A stretch of DNA of 64,000 nucleotides from Hydrolagus affinis (taxonomy: Eukaryota), in contig JAAILG010000939.1 in NCBI GenBank assembly GCA_012026655.1, positions 1-64,000 of the forward strand. The letters are read 5' to 3'. The notes under the pieces were generated by a model. The model saw nothing but the letters and a program-made list of their open reading frames with translations. It was not told where the DNA came from and searched no databases. Positions 48,966-62,002 of this stretch are shown piece by piece. The first letter of the stretch is position 1, and every line of letters begins with the position of its first letter. The position numbers and the translations under genes were made by a program.

Positions 48966-49182
48966 GAAAACAAATTAAACTGAGGCTGTGGCAGCCTCAT
49001 TTGCACACCTTGTAATGACCAATTGAGAAAGGTCTGGGAACAGTTCGTCCACTAACTAATACTCTGGTCTGGTGTTGCGCTGCGGCAGTGGGTCACCCAA
49101 CAATGGAAAAAAACGGAGAACAATCGCTTATAAGGAAGGAAATCTTGCCATCCCAAATGTCAGTGCCGGTGTTAGTATAAGA

Positions 49183-49258
49183 CCCATGCAGTTAGCTGAA
49201 AGGTCATCTGCTTTCAGAAAGGTGCTGAAATAACTGATCTTTCAGTTAACTGCATAGG
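49183..49258. repeat. Long imperfect hairpin (pre-miRNA-like, or tiny TTAA MITE)
   Basis: 24-bp arms 49183-49206 / 49235-49258 with 3 differences (2 are G.U on +), plus inner TTTCAG/CTGAAA stem. Confidence 0.85.
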
Positions 49259-49826
49259 TTAAACCAACGAGTAATGAGCAATGGGTTGTTGATACCCAAT
49301 AAATATAAATTGATAAGCCACTGAGGCAAGTTTGAGTACTTCATGAGAACAGTTATAATTATCAGATGGGTACAAGAGCTATTAGATTCAGTATATGCAG
49401 CAGAACAGAGAATCTTCCACTTACTGTGAGTGCTTTTCATTGTCAACTCACATCATGAGACAATTCAGTATCAGTAAAGGAAAGATGGGTCCAAAATTAC
49501 TAATAAAGAAATCATTGAATGCAAAAGACAATGTGCAGTTTGTTTGCGGTTTGCAAATATTTACAAATGTGTTGTGACACAATATTTTTTACAATGTTAT
49601 CAAAATATTTTGCATTTATAGCAATAAGTCAGGATCCCATTTTATCTAATTCTTAATTGTTGACTAAATTCCTGATTTTCAGAATGGCACACATTTCTGT
49701 AATAACATACTATCAAATGGATACATGGAATGAGAATTTCTACTTGCACGTAATTCAGCACTGAAACAGCTCACTGTCCAAATATCTCTCCATGCCACCA
49801 CTCCTACAACAAGATGATTTCAAGGC

Positions 49827-50575
49827 ACAACAACAACATTTACATTTATAGAGCACCTTTCTTGGGAGGACGTCCCAAGGCACTGAACAGTCAGGGGTCA
49901 AGACCAGAGTACGGGGGAGGGGCAGGGTAGAGGGGAAGGAAGAGAGAGAGGTGGGATGGCGGCAGAAGGCACAATCGAAAAGGAGAGTTTTGAGCTCGGC
50001 CACCAATGGTAGGGTGAGTCGGGTGGAGACATGGAGCTCGCTGAACAGAGTGGGTGGGTTAATAGAGAGACAGCAGGTCAGAAAGATAGGAAAGGGCAAG
50101 GCCGTGAATGGCCTTGAAAGTGAGGACAAGGATCTTGAATTTGATCCTCTGGGGGATGGGGAGCCAATGGAGCCAGGCGAGCGTGGAAATGATGTGATCG
50201 TGGAGCCTAGATCGTGGAACCTAGATCATGGAGAAGACACAAGCTGCAGAGTTCTGGATGATTTGCAGCTTGTGAAGGAAAGAGCCGGTAAGGCCAACGG
50301 GGAGGGAGGTTCCATAGTTCAGCCTTGATATGACGAATGCATGGATAAGGGTTTCAGCAGCCTGAGGGGTGAGGCAGTGATGGAGTCTGGCAATGTTACA
50401 GAGTTGGTGGAAGACAGTGCGGTCATGGCGCGGAGTGTGGGAGAGAGAGGACAGTTCAGGGTCAAACAAGACACCCAGTTTCCTGACTGGCTTCATGAGA
50501 TGGAGTGTGCATCTGTGGATACTGATACGACTGAGGTGCTGACGTGAGCCAATCAGGAGGTCGTCAGTCTTGCTG
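49827..50575 (-). mobile_element. L2 LINE 3' part
   Basis: [36 protein letters not shown]; (TTG)n tail. Confidence 0.93.
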
Positions 50576-50602
50576 ACAACCATAGAAAAGTATGAAGTAT
50601 AC

Positions 50603-50915
50603 ATAATAATAAAGCTTGCATATGATATAGCACTTTTCACATATTCTAGACGTCTCAAAGCGATTCGCAGAATATACTGTAAAGTGAATTGATTGTATAC
50701 TTGTGGGCGAAGCACGGCAGCCATTTTGCTCACAGCAGTGTCCCACAAATAGTTGGGAATTGAGTGACCAACTTAGCATTTTTTTTTATTTGGATGGATG
50801 TCAGGCATGTGGAGTAAGGAAACTTACCCAAGATTTCATCCTGACCTGCCGAGAATTGAACCCAGGTTTCTCACTTGTAAGACAAGTGCTCTAACCACAG
50901 AGCTACTGACTCCAC
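50603..50915 (-). mobile_element. tRNA-derived SINE, full length
   Basis: GAATTGAACCCAGG (B box rc), CTAACCACAGAGCTAC (A box rc), body and tail. Confidence 0.9.
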
Positions 50916-51228
50916 AGATATATATATCTCTACACCACACACACAATATAAATATATAATCTCCTCTAGAGACTTTTGTGCATCGTGGTGTTCTACACTT
51001 ATGATGACTTGAGAGATTTTTTTCCCAGGCCTTTTGTTTAAAAAAAATCAGCATTATCCTCTCATGTCCACAAAGATTGAAGATGACTGCAGCATCACTG
51101 CACCAGATAAGATCATCTAACCTAGACACACCTTTTTGATCCCCATGATTAAATGGCACTCTTTTCCATGATGACTTTCCTTTATTCACACAAAATCTAT
51201 TTCCAAAGTTGCAAATGATCAAGAAAGT

Positions 51229-51537
51229 GGAATCCTGCAGCTCAGTGGTTAGAGTACTTGCCCTGCAAGCGAGAGACCTGGGTTCCATTTCAGGCAGAAC
51301 AAAACCTTGGGCAAGTTTCCTTACTCCTCACGCCAGATAATAATGCCTAAAAAAAATTAATAAACTGGTCATTTCAATCAACCACTGTTTGTGCGGCACC
51401 GCTGTGCACAATTGGCTGCCACATTTCACTCACAAATATACAGTCAATTCACTTTACAGTGTATTCTGTGAAGCGCTTTGAGATGGCTAGAAGTCGTAAA
51501 AGGTGCTATATCAAATGCAAGGATTATTATTATTATT
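51229..51537 (+). mobile_element. tRNA-derived SINE (Ala-like TGC loop), full length, L2-type tail
   Basis: GCAGCTCAGTGGTTAGAG (A box), CCTGCAAG loop, GGGTTCCATT (B box); 3' GAAGCGCTTTGAG...AAAGGTGCTATATCAAATGCAAGG(ATT)n. Confidence 0.92.
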
Positions 51538-54500
51538 AAATGTGGAATCAACTAAACTGTTTGAATCTTTCCATCTTCCCCTGAAATAAAGCTACAAATA
51601 AAAGCAACCAACATAAAAGAGACAAGTAGTTTTTCAGTTTCTTTCCATTTATAAATTAATCTGTTTCTATTATCAGATGGAAGCTTCCATCAACTAGGAT
51701 TTAGTTCTGAGTTATGGAAGCTTGGCCACTACATAGTTAGATGCTACATTAGTTAATTTATTTGTGTCCATATAAACAGAATAATTAAAATCTGTAATAT
51801 GTCATTTAAAAAAATGCTATAAAAATTCCACATTATTTAAATCCTGAGATTTGTTAGCTTTGTTATACAACATGAAACTACTTTACAAAATGACATTTTT
51901 AACAAAGGGATGTCAATCTGTAGAGGCGTTTGAGCACTTTGGAAATTAAAAAATAGTTTTTAAACAAAAAAACAAAATTGGAGGATTGCTGCTTTGATGT
52001 ATATGCATTATTAGTGGTTATTCTTTACCGTCTCGGTTTACTGAAATTCCATTAGTGGTACAGCAGTACATGGTATTAGAATACTATTGTATTTGGCATA
52101 TCCAAATGAAGCTTGTAAACTGGGCAACGCAACTGATATATAACACACAAACAATAACATTGTGCTGAAATTTAGCACTACTCAGTGAAATATTCATGCA
52201 ATCAGCAAATAAACACAAGGGAGTTGATTGTTTCTATTAGCCAAATACTGTAATAAATTACTTGAACAGCATTAAACAGTGCTGCTTGCCAATATAGTAA
52301 TGTATTTTGTAGGCTAAATATTTATTTTGATTCAATAATGCCTTAATGAAACAAATCAGTAATAAAGTAAGTAACCTTTCACACCTTGAGGAGAGGTCAA
52401 TGTTTCTATACAAAAAAAAACTGGGTCATCTACAAATCATGCTTTCACAGCAGAGCAATTTATCTTCAAAACAGCCAATAATTCTGTAATATGTGACATA
52501 TCAAAACAATCAATTAACAATTGCAGAAATATAGGGGCATGTTTTACATTACTTTGATACAATATTGGTGGAATTTATGAGCTAGTTCATATATTATTGG
52601 GAAACAAAAAATTATATGAAAAGATATGTGCAGTTTTAACATTGAACATTTTTTTGGACATTACACCGCTTTAGCCTACAGCACTTTATACTGGTTGAGT
52701 TTAAGCAGTTTGTCGTAATTATATTAATTGAATAGTACCCAATGATAACCCTGAAAGTTTCACTCCATTTTATTGTATATTACAGTTGGTCCTGTTGCAT
52801 TGTTTGTTCTTTTCACATATCTGTTATGGTTAACTGAGAATGAAAGTGGATATTTAACCAAAGGAAGAGAATTATATAAATTGGAAAGAATGGAATAATT
52901 GACATTTGGTGAAAATGTATTTGATCCATCCCTTTTTTTCTCCTTTGCTTCACAATAATTTGGAATAACTATGCACAGTAGGTTGTACTGTGCTCCTTCA
53001 AGTCTGCATGTGGTCCTTTTCTGCCTAGCCACAGCAGGCAGGAGAAAGAAGGTTGAATTCATTGTTACACAATTCTGTGGCTCATTCAGTGGTAACACAT
53101 CATTGACTATCCCATGAATGAGATGACAAATTAGCAATTCCTAAGCACTATGGTATTTCACTATCATCTGTATCACAAACTCAGCAAAAACCCAACCCCT
53201 AATAATTGAGATCACCATTCAAACCCAATGCTGGCCATTTGTACAGATTTACGTGCCTTGCACTAATCACTAAAGTCAGATAAAGCACAAGGTTAATGGT
53301 TGCTGTCGGAATCTGTCCTTATGTAAAATCTGATAACAGGTCACCACATTATTGTTGTGTATTTCTATTTCCTGGTCAAGAATAGGCACTGGGAGGAAAT
53401 CAATGTATCAGGCAGTTGTAATACATCTCTTAGTGCAATATATAAATGGTCCCTTTCACTGGCTGTTCACATTTAAGTAAAGATATAGTGAGGCCATAGA
53501 ATGTCATCCTACTGCACACAGCTTAGCCTTTGTGCATGTGTCACTCTCTGACTAGATTTATGATGTCCAATTAAAGCCTTGGCCAGTTAGGTCTTTGCAA
53601 TTACTTTCCAATTTCATTTGGGTGGGACATGAATAGGTTATTCATGGGTTTGATTGGATATCTGAAACATTACACAAGACCACTGCATTCTTGCCATTGT
53701 TTTTCTTTGTTTCAACAAGTCATTTTTCTTAAATCAGCTGAGATTTTTTTTATTCGACAATAGAAGTTCTAGTCTAGCTCGTAAGTAACTGCTGCTGCAA
53801 TTATTGTTCATTAAATTAGAAAACAATTTCCCTGCTGCTGCTGTTTTCTCAAAAAGGGCTGTTGTTTGGTTTACGTTGGTAAATGGTAAACACTGTGCAG
53901 GTCAATTACTTCCAAGTATTGCAATACACTTGACATAAACACACAACTCTCAGCATATTTAATTAATTCATGATTAAAAATACTGTTTTGTGTAATTCAC
54001 ATTGTAATTGACAATTGTAGAAAAACTGCAGGTGGGATCTTCCCAACAACTTCAGGCATGAAGATGTCACTGTTCTATTAACTAACAAACAAAGTTGTGA
54101 GCCACAGATATAAATCTGCAATGTTTGTAACAATGTATTTCAAATGACGCAAAGGAACTTTGGATGCTAGCATCTCAGATCTTTGTAGAAGAGTATTTTT
54201 CTAGTCTCAATATGGTAAGGTGAGCACTTTCACTTAAACGTCCTCTGCACTTTCTAACTTTCTGCACACAGCTCAATTACATTACATGTTTTCAATATGA
54301 CCCTGTCAGCGTATATTTGAGTTTCAATAAACATCAAACTGCTATAAATATGTTAAAAACATAGGTGTGTTTTCTTTTACAAAAAAAGGCTCCTAAAAGC
54401 ACAGCCTTGCAATGGAACCAAGCACCTTGTTTACTCAACTGCAAAATGCAGGTTCTCATTTCAGAGACCCTAGCAAAGAAACAAGCCTGCCATGAAGTCA

Positions 54501-54785
54501 TCTGCACCTCCAGGTGCACAACAACAACAAAAATTACATTTGTATAGCACATATCAAGTCGGGAAGATGTCCCAAGGCACTGAGGGTCACTGTAGGCAGA
54601 GTCCTCCAGGCTCTTCACCTTGTTAGTACTAACTCCTCTGGACTCCTCAAATGGGCTGAAGGAAATTCTTCCATTGAATTCCCAGGAGCTTGGGATCATG
54701 AAGGAGAAATCAGTTTATAAATGGTGCTGGCCGCTAATTTAGGTTTATCTTTGAGCTAGTCCTTAATCAACGTTTTCAGTTTACA

Positions 54786-55200
54786 GGTGTCAGTCTAGTT
54801 CACTTGGCAACATTCTCACCTATGAGTCAAAAGATTGTAAATTCATACCCCACTTCAGGACTTTGAACTCATAGCCTATGCTGACACTTCAGGACAGTGC
54901 TGGGGGAGTCTGTATTGTTGGAGGTGCTAACCTTCGGATAAAAGAAACTGACATATGCCTGTTCAACAACAGAATTACACTTGTATAACGCCTTTCAGGT
55001 GGATATTTAAGATTCTAAGGTATTTGAAAAGTGAAGGGAGTTTCTCCCATCTCAGTCAACAAATAACCCAGATAAAATTTGCTTGATGATGTCTGTTTGT
55101 ACACAAATTGTCACCCTGTTCACTGACAAAATACAGAGGCACCACATTTCATGGTAAATCATGTGATGTGTCTCCCTGACGTGAAGCGCTCTATATCGAA
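54786..55200 (+). mobile_element. Deu-domain SINE with a short L2-tail insertion
   Basis: GAGTCAAAAG..GCTGACAC..CAGTGCTGGGGGAGT..GGAGGTGC..TTCGGAT..CAGGTGGAT..AAGGGAGTTTCTCC. Confidence 0.72.
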
Positions 55201-56417
55201 TTCATGGTTATTATAGGATTATTATTATATAGAGGGACTTACAGTATTGCTAATTTCATTCCTAAACATAATTTTGTGCAAGACTAATACTGTACCACAA
55301 ATATAGTTTTTCTAGGATTTTGACTGGCAACACTTTGAACTTTTGTTTCATAGACATTGTATAGTGGTGTCCATCAAAGTAACAAATTGTCTTAGCTATG
55401 CTTTATAAACGTTTCAATTTACTACCATTAGCCATTCCTACCGTAGGCCCCCCACAGTTGGGAAAAGGGACACTTTTGTTACCAGAAGAACTAAACCAAT
55501 AATTGATAAAGCAGTAGTTGTGTCTTAAAAGTTCACCATACCCTTTCTTCAATGGATTCATTTAAATTTGGTAACAGCCAGCAGTGCCTGTTGTGTGGTC
55601 CGGCACCTCTTGTAAGAAGTTCAATTAATGACTATCTTACCTATAACAACTGACCATGTGAACAGACCACAGACTGATGAGAGACAGGTGGTAATCCACT
55701 TGAATAATGGATTTAGAAAAGCATGCTTTTAACCATGCTGTGCTTAACAGGGCAAACAATCACTTTTCCAAATAACTGTGAACAGCTCTGTTGCACAGCA
55801 AGAATAGGTTCCTATTTAGCAGCAAGCCCCAAGCAAAGAAACACTAAATTGATGAAAATAACCCATAACAGGGCAGCAACGAGGCATGTGACGTTTGAAC
55901 AGCTTGTTAAATTCTTACTGCAAACCTCTGAAAAGACTACTTTTTTTTATAAGAAAAAAACACCATTTGTAAATCATGAGGAATCTGTTGAAGTTAAACT
56001 ACTTCTTGTGTAACAATAATGGAGAGCAGATTTAAAAAAAAACTTTGACAATCCATCAGATTTTATTTTCCTTTCGACGTTTCTTATCCAGAAGATTATT
56101 GCTCCCAATTATGCTGTTGCTGCCACATCTACTTCAGAGAAGGAGGATACTGCAGACCTTGGTTTTTACGCAACGGCTGCTGTCAATAAGAATATAATTG
56201 ACTACACTATCTAATGCTCCATCTGGGAGCTTGGCTAAACTGACAAAAATCATCCAAATAATCACAAATAATCATGCCAGGTTTATTTCAGTGACAGGCT
56301 TCTATGTGAAACTCTAACCTTCTGGTTGTAAAGCAAGTAATCTAGCACCTGTACTACAGCTTAATACAGCTATTTTGAGTTTAATCCACATTCTATTTTG
56401 ACATATTTTAGGAATTT

Positions 56418-56481
56418 TTTTTACCAATATGAACTTTTCTCAATTTATTTAATTTTTTAAGAAACTTCATATTGGTAAAAA
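56418..56481. repeat. 16-bp perfect inverted repeat, 32-nt spacer
   Basis: TTTTTACCAATATGAA / TTCATATTGGTAAAAA. Confidence 0.85.
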
Positions 56482-56849
56482 TTTATAATATTCTCCGTTG
56501 GAAGGAGCAAGATTAATGAGCCCGATGACATTTCCTCATTTCGTACTTATCTTGTGTAATCTCAATTTTTCCTAAAAAATGTAAATAAAGTAATGAAATT
56601 TCTACTAACCCTCTGAGGGTAGTAAAGTGCAAATTCTCAGTCAAAATATAATAATGTACTGTACATTATTCAATTCTGACTAGTTAAACTCTGCAGGTAA
56701 TTCTTCTATAGTCCCAGAAGATTAGGAACCGTAATATAATAAATCAGAAGGATATCACAAAGCACATTAGGATTTACAGTATGTATTTTGTAGGTGAACA
56801 ATACTTCATTTGAAAAAAGCTTTTTACAAGAGTTTTACATGTCATTGTA

Positions 56850-57188
56850 ATCCTGTAGTTTAGTGGGTAGAGCACGCACCTTTCAAGCTAGGCAACATGC
56901 ATTCGATTCCCAGACAGGGATAAAATTTTGGGCAAGTTTCCATACTCCACACACCTCTGTTTGCCAAGCAAGAAGTAGAATCACAATTGTTTGTTAATTG
57001 GAGGATCACTTTGCCTGGTGTAATAATCCCCTCAAAAGAATAATAATAATTTGGTCACTCGATTCACAAATATTTGTGGGACCCTGCTATACACAATTAG
57101 CAGCACATTTTGCCACAAAATTCTCTTTGCAATATATTCTGCGAAGGGCTATGGGACAATATTAAATACAAGGAATAATATTATTATT
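56850..57188 (+). mobile_element. tRNA-derived SINE
   Basis: TCCTGTAGTTTAGTGGGTAGAGC...TTCGATTCC; TTGGGCAAGTTTCC; (ATT)n tail. Confidence 0.85.
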
Positions 57189-57317
57189 CCATACAGTATA
57201 ATGAGCAGATTAAATGGATTAAAGATAATCCTACTATTTGATACATGTCAGGAGGGCCTCTCAGAGTGCTTCACTGTGAAGTATAGTGACAATTTGTAGG
57301 CGAATACACAACCACAG

Positions 57318-58030
57318 CATTACATTTTGGGAGTGCCTTTCACGTTGGGAAGACATCCCAAAGCGCTGAACAGTCGGGGGTCAGGACCCCAGCATGGGGG
57401 AGGGGGACAGGATTGGGATGAGTGAGGGCAGAGAGGTAGGAGGGATGGCTGAATGTGCAGTCGAAAAGGCGTGTCTTGAGTCGGGCCTTGAAAGCGGCAA
57501 GGGAGGGAGAAAGGCAAAGGGATTGTGAGATGGAGTTCCAAATGGTGGGAGCAGAGGCTGAAAGCCTTGGCGCCAATGGTCGGGAAGGAGACATATGGCG
57601 CAGGTCGTAGCCTGCTGAACAGAGGGAGCAAACAGGGGGTCAGCAATGAGGTAGGAGAGGGAAAGGCCATGGAGGGCCTTGAAAGTGAGGACAAAGATTT
57701 TGAATTCCATACTCTGAGGGATGGAGAGACAGTGGAACTGGCAAATATGGATTGATGGGGTCACAGAGCGTGGTGCAGGAGAGGACACAAGCTGCAGAGT
57801 TTTGGATAATGTGCAGCTTGTGGAAGGAAGAGTTGGTGTGGCCGACAAGAAGGGAGTTACAATCGTCAAGTCTTGAGGTGACAAATGCACGTTTGAGGGT
57901 TTCGGTGGCTTGAGTCATGAGGCAATGGTGGAGTCGTGCAATGTTTTGGAGGTGGTGGAAGACAGTGCTGGTCATGGCACAGATATGGGGGAGAAAGGAC
58001 AACTGAGGGTTGAACAACACACCCGGGTTT
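57318..58030 (-). mobile_element. L2 LINE 3' part
   Basis: [58 protein letters not shown]. Confidence 0.93.
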
Positions 58031-58311
58031 GCATAGTATAATGATCCTGGAAACAGCTTTGAAGTGAATGACCAATTCCATCTGGAGAATTTTTGGTAAG
58101 TACAGTACATCAGGAAAAACTCCTTCCTTTTTTTTTAGTTTACCAAGAAAATTGAAATAATTTAAGGAAAAAGTTTGATGTTTCAATGGGAAGATAATAA
58201 ATGTGATATTCTGAAGGGATATCAAATAGGCCAAAAACTATTTTTCAAAACTGCACACTTGTTCACTTTCCATATACAACTGGCGAGAAACATTAAATTC
58301 CAATAATAATA

Positions 58312-58614
58312 AAAACTAATAATCCTTGCAATTGATGTAGTGCTTTTCACGTCTTCTAGACATCTCAAAGAGCTTCACAGAACATACTGTAAAGTAAATT
58401 AGCTGTATATTTGTGGGTAAAATGCAGCAGCCAATTGCACACAGCAGTGTCTCACAAACCGTTGTGAATTTAAGTGACCAATTGAGTATTGTTTCTTTGA
58501 GGGATTACTATCAGCATGTGATGGAAAGAAAGTTGCCCAAGGTTTTACACAGGAATCAAACCCAGATGTCTTGCTTGCGAGGCGAGTGCTCTAACCATTG
58601 AGCTACAGACTCCA
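58312..58614 (-). mobile_element. tRNA-derived SINE, full length
   Basis: CTAACCATTGAGCTACAGACTCC head (rc); body; (AAT)n tail. Confidence 0.9.
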
Positions 58615-58685
58615 CTGGATACAATTCTGATACAAGAATGCTGTAAGAGCAGAAATTCAACCCCCCAAAAACTGACTGTCAGACT

Positions 58686-58727
58686 ATGTTTCTATTGATT
58701 AGTGCCATGTTTCTATTGATTAGTGCC
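58686..58727. repeat. Perfect 21-bp tandem duplication
   Basis: ATGTTTCTATTGATTAGTGCC x2. Confidence 0.95.
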
Positions 58728-59004
58728 ATATGTGATATGCTTGGCAGCTGACAAAATAGAACCAAGTTAGTATTGTATTTAAAGCCAAATTGAACACGTA
58801 AACTTACCATACTAATTAAATTATGTAAACAGAAAGTCAGTCATTGTGTTCAATTTGGAGATTTTCAACGAAGATACCACAAGGAGTAACCATAAACAGT
58901 TATGCTCAACAAGGAAGTTACAATTTTTCAGTTACTGAATGTTAATACCAAACTTGAGGGTAATTTCTAAGCTTGATGCCAACTGGAAGGCCAATATGGC
59001 TGTT

Positions 59005-59400
59005 TGTAATAATCTTTGCATTCAGTAATAGTGTCTTTCACTTTGGGAGGACGTCCCAAAGCTCAGGAATCACCCTAAAATGGAATAACTAGGTATTTTT
59101 AGGAAAACATGGCAGCCCAATTGCAATGTCATAAAAACTTCCATGAAACAAATCATCAATTTTATTTAGTGGATTGTTAGCCAGACTCTATGAGAAATCC
59201 TTTGCAAGTAATGCCAATGGGATCTTTAACAACTACCTGAACAGGCAGATGAGAACTTTATTTAATGTTTCATCTAAGGGGCAGGACATCTGACAATGTG
59301 AACCACCGCCAAGGGTACATTGTAGGGCCAGCTTACTCTGTGAGCTCAAATCCAATCTTCTGACTCAGAGACAAGAGTGAGCCTGGCTACCACTGAGCCA
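59005..59400 (-). mobile_element. Deu-domain SINE
   Basis: GGGATCTTTAAC..CCTGAACAGGCAGA..TTTAATGTTTCATC..TTCTGACTCAGAG..CCACTGAGCCA. Confidence 0.7.
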
Positions 59401-61414
59401 ATCTCACACGTTTGAAACCAATGTTGGTGGAAAAGTTCAGGTTGATAATACTCATTCCCACAGTTATAAATATCCACGAGACCTTGGATTTGAAGCAGTC
59501 TTGGGTTAAAGCTGTGAATCATTGTGAAATACATAGATGTATTTCAGAAGGTGCAGTCCTCTAGGCAATTTATGGTGCCTGGGTAACGTTTATGCTCCAC
59601 TGTTCCTGTCAAGTCTTTTTTTCAAAGTTTAATGTCAATACCAATTTCATTAAAATAGGATGGTTATTTTTGTAGGTGCTAATGATTCATATTAAGATGC
59701 CAAACCTTCAGAATTTTCTTCAGTTTTAAATGTTTTAAATGATTTTAAATGAGTGTTGCTATTCAGCTATGTAGCTCCCAAGTGAAATACATTATATATA
59801 TTAAGCTATTGTAAAGCTGTTCACTGTGACACAAGCACTATCATTTCCACCATGGCATCACTTACATTTGGAATGACCAATAATAATTTCTTTATCCTAC
59901 TTGCATCAGTTGTAATTTTTGCTATGCCTACCATGTGCAGCTCCTAATACTCAACAGAATAACCAGAGTTTATAAGAAAATTAATCTGATCATTAATTCA
60001 ACATATTTCTTATCATTTTTCAGTTGCACGATGTACTTTAAAATCTCCTTGGTACTTTAAAAAGTACATTTCAAGCTGTATGTGATTGTTCTGGGAAGTC
60101 ACCGACAGCACAATTGTGAACTTGAAAAGAGCGTTTGATGGAACGTAAAAAAAAAATTTAGCCTCTGTAGGTTTGAACATATTCTTGGAGTTTTTATAGA
60201 AACCCGTTTAAAAATGAAAAACTACATTTTCCAGCACACATGGCAACCGTAATTCCTGAAAACAGTCATTGTTTACAAAATGCTGATAAAAATAAATTTC
60301 AATCGGACAGATCAACAAGTAACAGTTCAATCCAAATCTGTCAAAAATATAAAATAATACACAAGCTATTAGACTGAAACAACCATGCCCTTTTACCATC
60401 ACAGCAAACCTTTCTACTTCAACAGTAGAGCTGGATGAGCTATCTACTCTCAGTGGGAGGATTTCCTTCCACTTCCTGGTTCATCAAATCCCATAGCCAG
60501 ATTACTTGCAAAGAAATATTAGGATACAACATATATTGGAGAATAGAGCATCACAAGGCCTTTAGCATAGAGGTATAGCTCATAGCTAATTTTGACCTGT
60601 CTATTTTGATGCATTTGATAACTTTGCCAATATGTCAGATGACTTTCACAGATTGACATAACATGTACAGGTGTACTCCATCATCAATAGAAATGTGCAT
60701 GATATAAGAGTAAACGTAAAAGCAAAGCCAAACAAAATAAGCAGTCAACTACCAAACACATTAACATGGATGGTGGATGGATGTGCTGCTGAATTTCCCC
60801 CCCCAAATTGAATTAAATCTTTGTTTCACCAAATTAGTCACATTGGAAATCTACAACAGCAAATGCTCTCCTTTAATCCAGTTCCAGCATGTGCTGATAT
60901 TCTTAGAAATAATTCAGTCCAAAATGTTTGTTTTATTATAAATCAAGTTCATGCCTGCACATATTCCTTACTCGCTATAACAACTTGGGGTTGGCTGGCT
61001 AGAGACTACTGAGGCTATTCATCAATGGTACCATTAGAAAGGGACTGGATAAGCTCCTGAACAGTGAAAATATTAGGATAATGAGGAAAGAATTAACCAT
61101 TTGGAATTAATAATAAAGGGTGCTAAATATAGGTAACCATGGACATGCATAATGGACCAATTGGCTGTCAATGCTGAAAATTATAACATTTCCATTAAAA
61201 GGTGATCTCTTTCTGTATAACTTCAGAAAGAAGGCAGATTTTCAGTCTAAATTTAATTACTTTACTTGTCATGTTGAGTAAATTGTTTTGCAACAACAAG
61301 CTCAAAATAAAGATACTGAACAAGCCAAAGAAAAATTCACGGGTAATTCAAGATGAGAGTTCATCAAAATGTTTAATGTTCCTTACAATCTCTCCTACAT
61401 ACACAATATTACCT

Positions 61415-61668
61415 TCTCTTGCTTGTAAGAGACCTGGATTTAATTCCAATTTCCTTATTCCACAAGCCTAAGTATAATCCCTCCAAAAAAAATTAGTCAT
61501 TTCAATCCACGATTGTTTGTGGGACGCTGCTGTGTGCAATTAGCTGCTGCATTTTGCCCACCTATATATATATATGTATATATATACAGTCAATTCACTT
61601 TATAGTATATTCTGTGAAACGTCTAGAAGATGTGAACATGCTACATCAAATGCAAGGATTATTATTAT
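61415..61668 (+). mobile_element. tRNA-SINE (head partly lost) with an internal (TA)n expansion
   Basis: TGTTTGTGGGACGCTGCTG..CAGTCAATTCACTT..CAAATGCAAGG(ATT)n. Confidence 0.85.
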
Positions 61669-62002
61669 AACAGGAATATGAAAACTAGTGGTTACACACA
61701 TAAAATTATTGTACTACCAAGTTTGCTAGAAAGCTTAATAACTGAAAATCACATTTCAGTGTCGACTTTTAAGATTTACAGCACTTTGATCTCAGAGGAC
61801 TCTCTTTATTGATAGCATGTCAAATACCATTTAAAGCACTGAACTAAGCTATCACAGTGGTCACATGAAGTACATTCTTTTACTTGTGAAGTCTACATGC
61901 CTTTCTTACATGTCCAAACAAAAGGAACCTTCATTTATCTGAAGCTTTAAATTGGTAGGGCTCCTTTATTGAAGAGTTTACTTGAATATTTAAACAAGGC
62001 TT

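Noticed and set aside
50836-51288. 150-aa ORF between inverted SINEs
   Set aside because: Begins and ends inside SINE heads; no recognisable protein
51229-51300. tRNA-Ala gene
   Set aside because: tRNA-like head continues into a SINE body and tail found many times in the window; no proper acceptor stem
51676-51691. 16-bp perfect palindrome GATGGAAGCTTCCATC (and a 14-bp one at 8072-8085)
   Set aside because: About one such palindrome is expected by chance in 64 kb; no supporting context
52760-53137. 125-aa minus-strand ORF
   Set aside because: Non-ATG start, no domain, no good splice context; expected by chance
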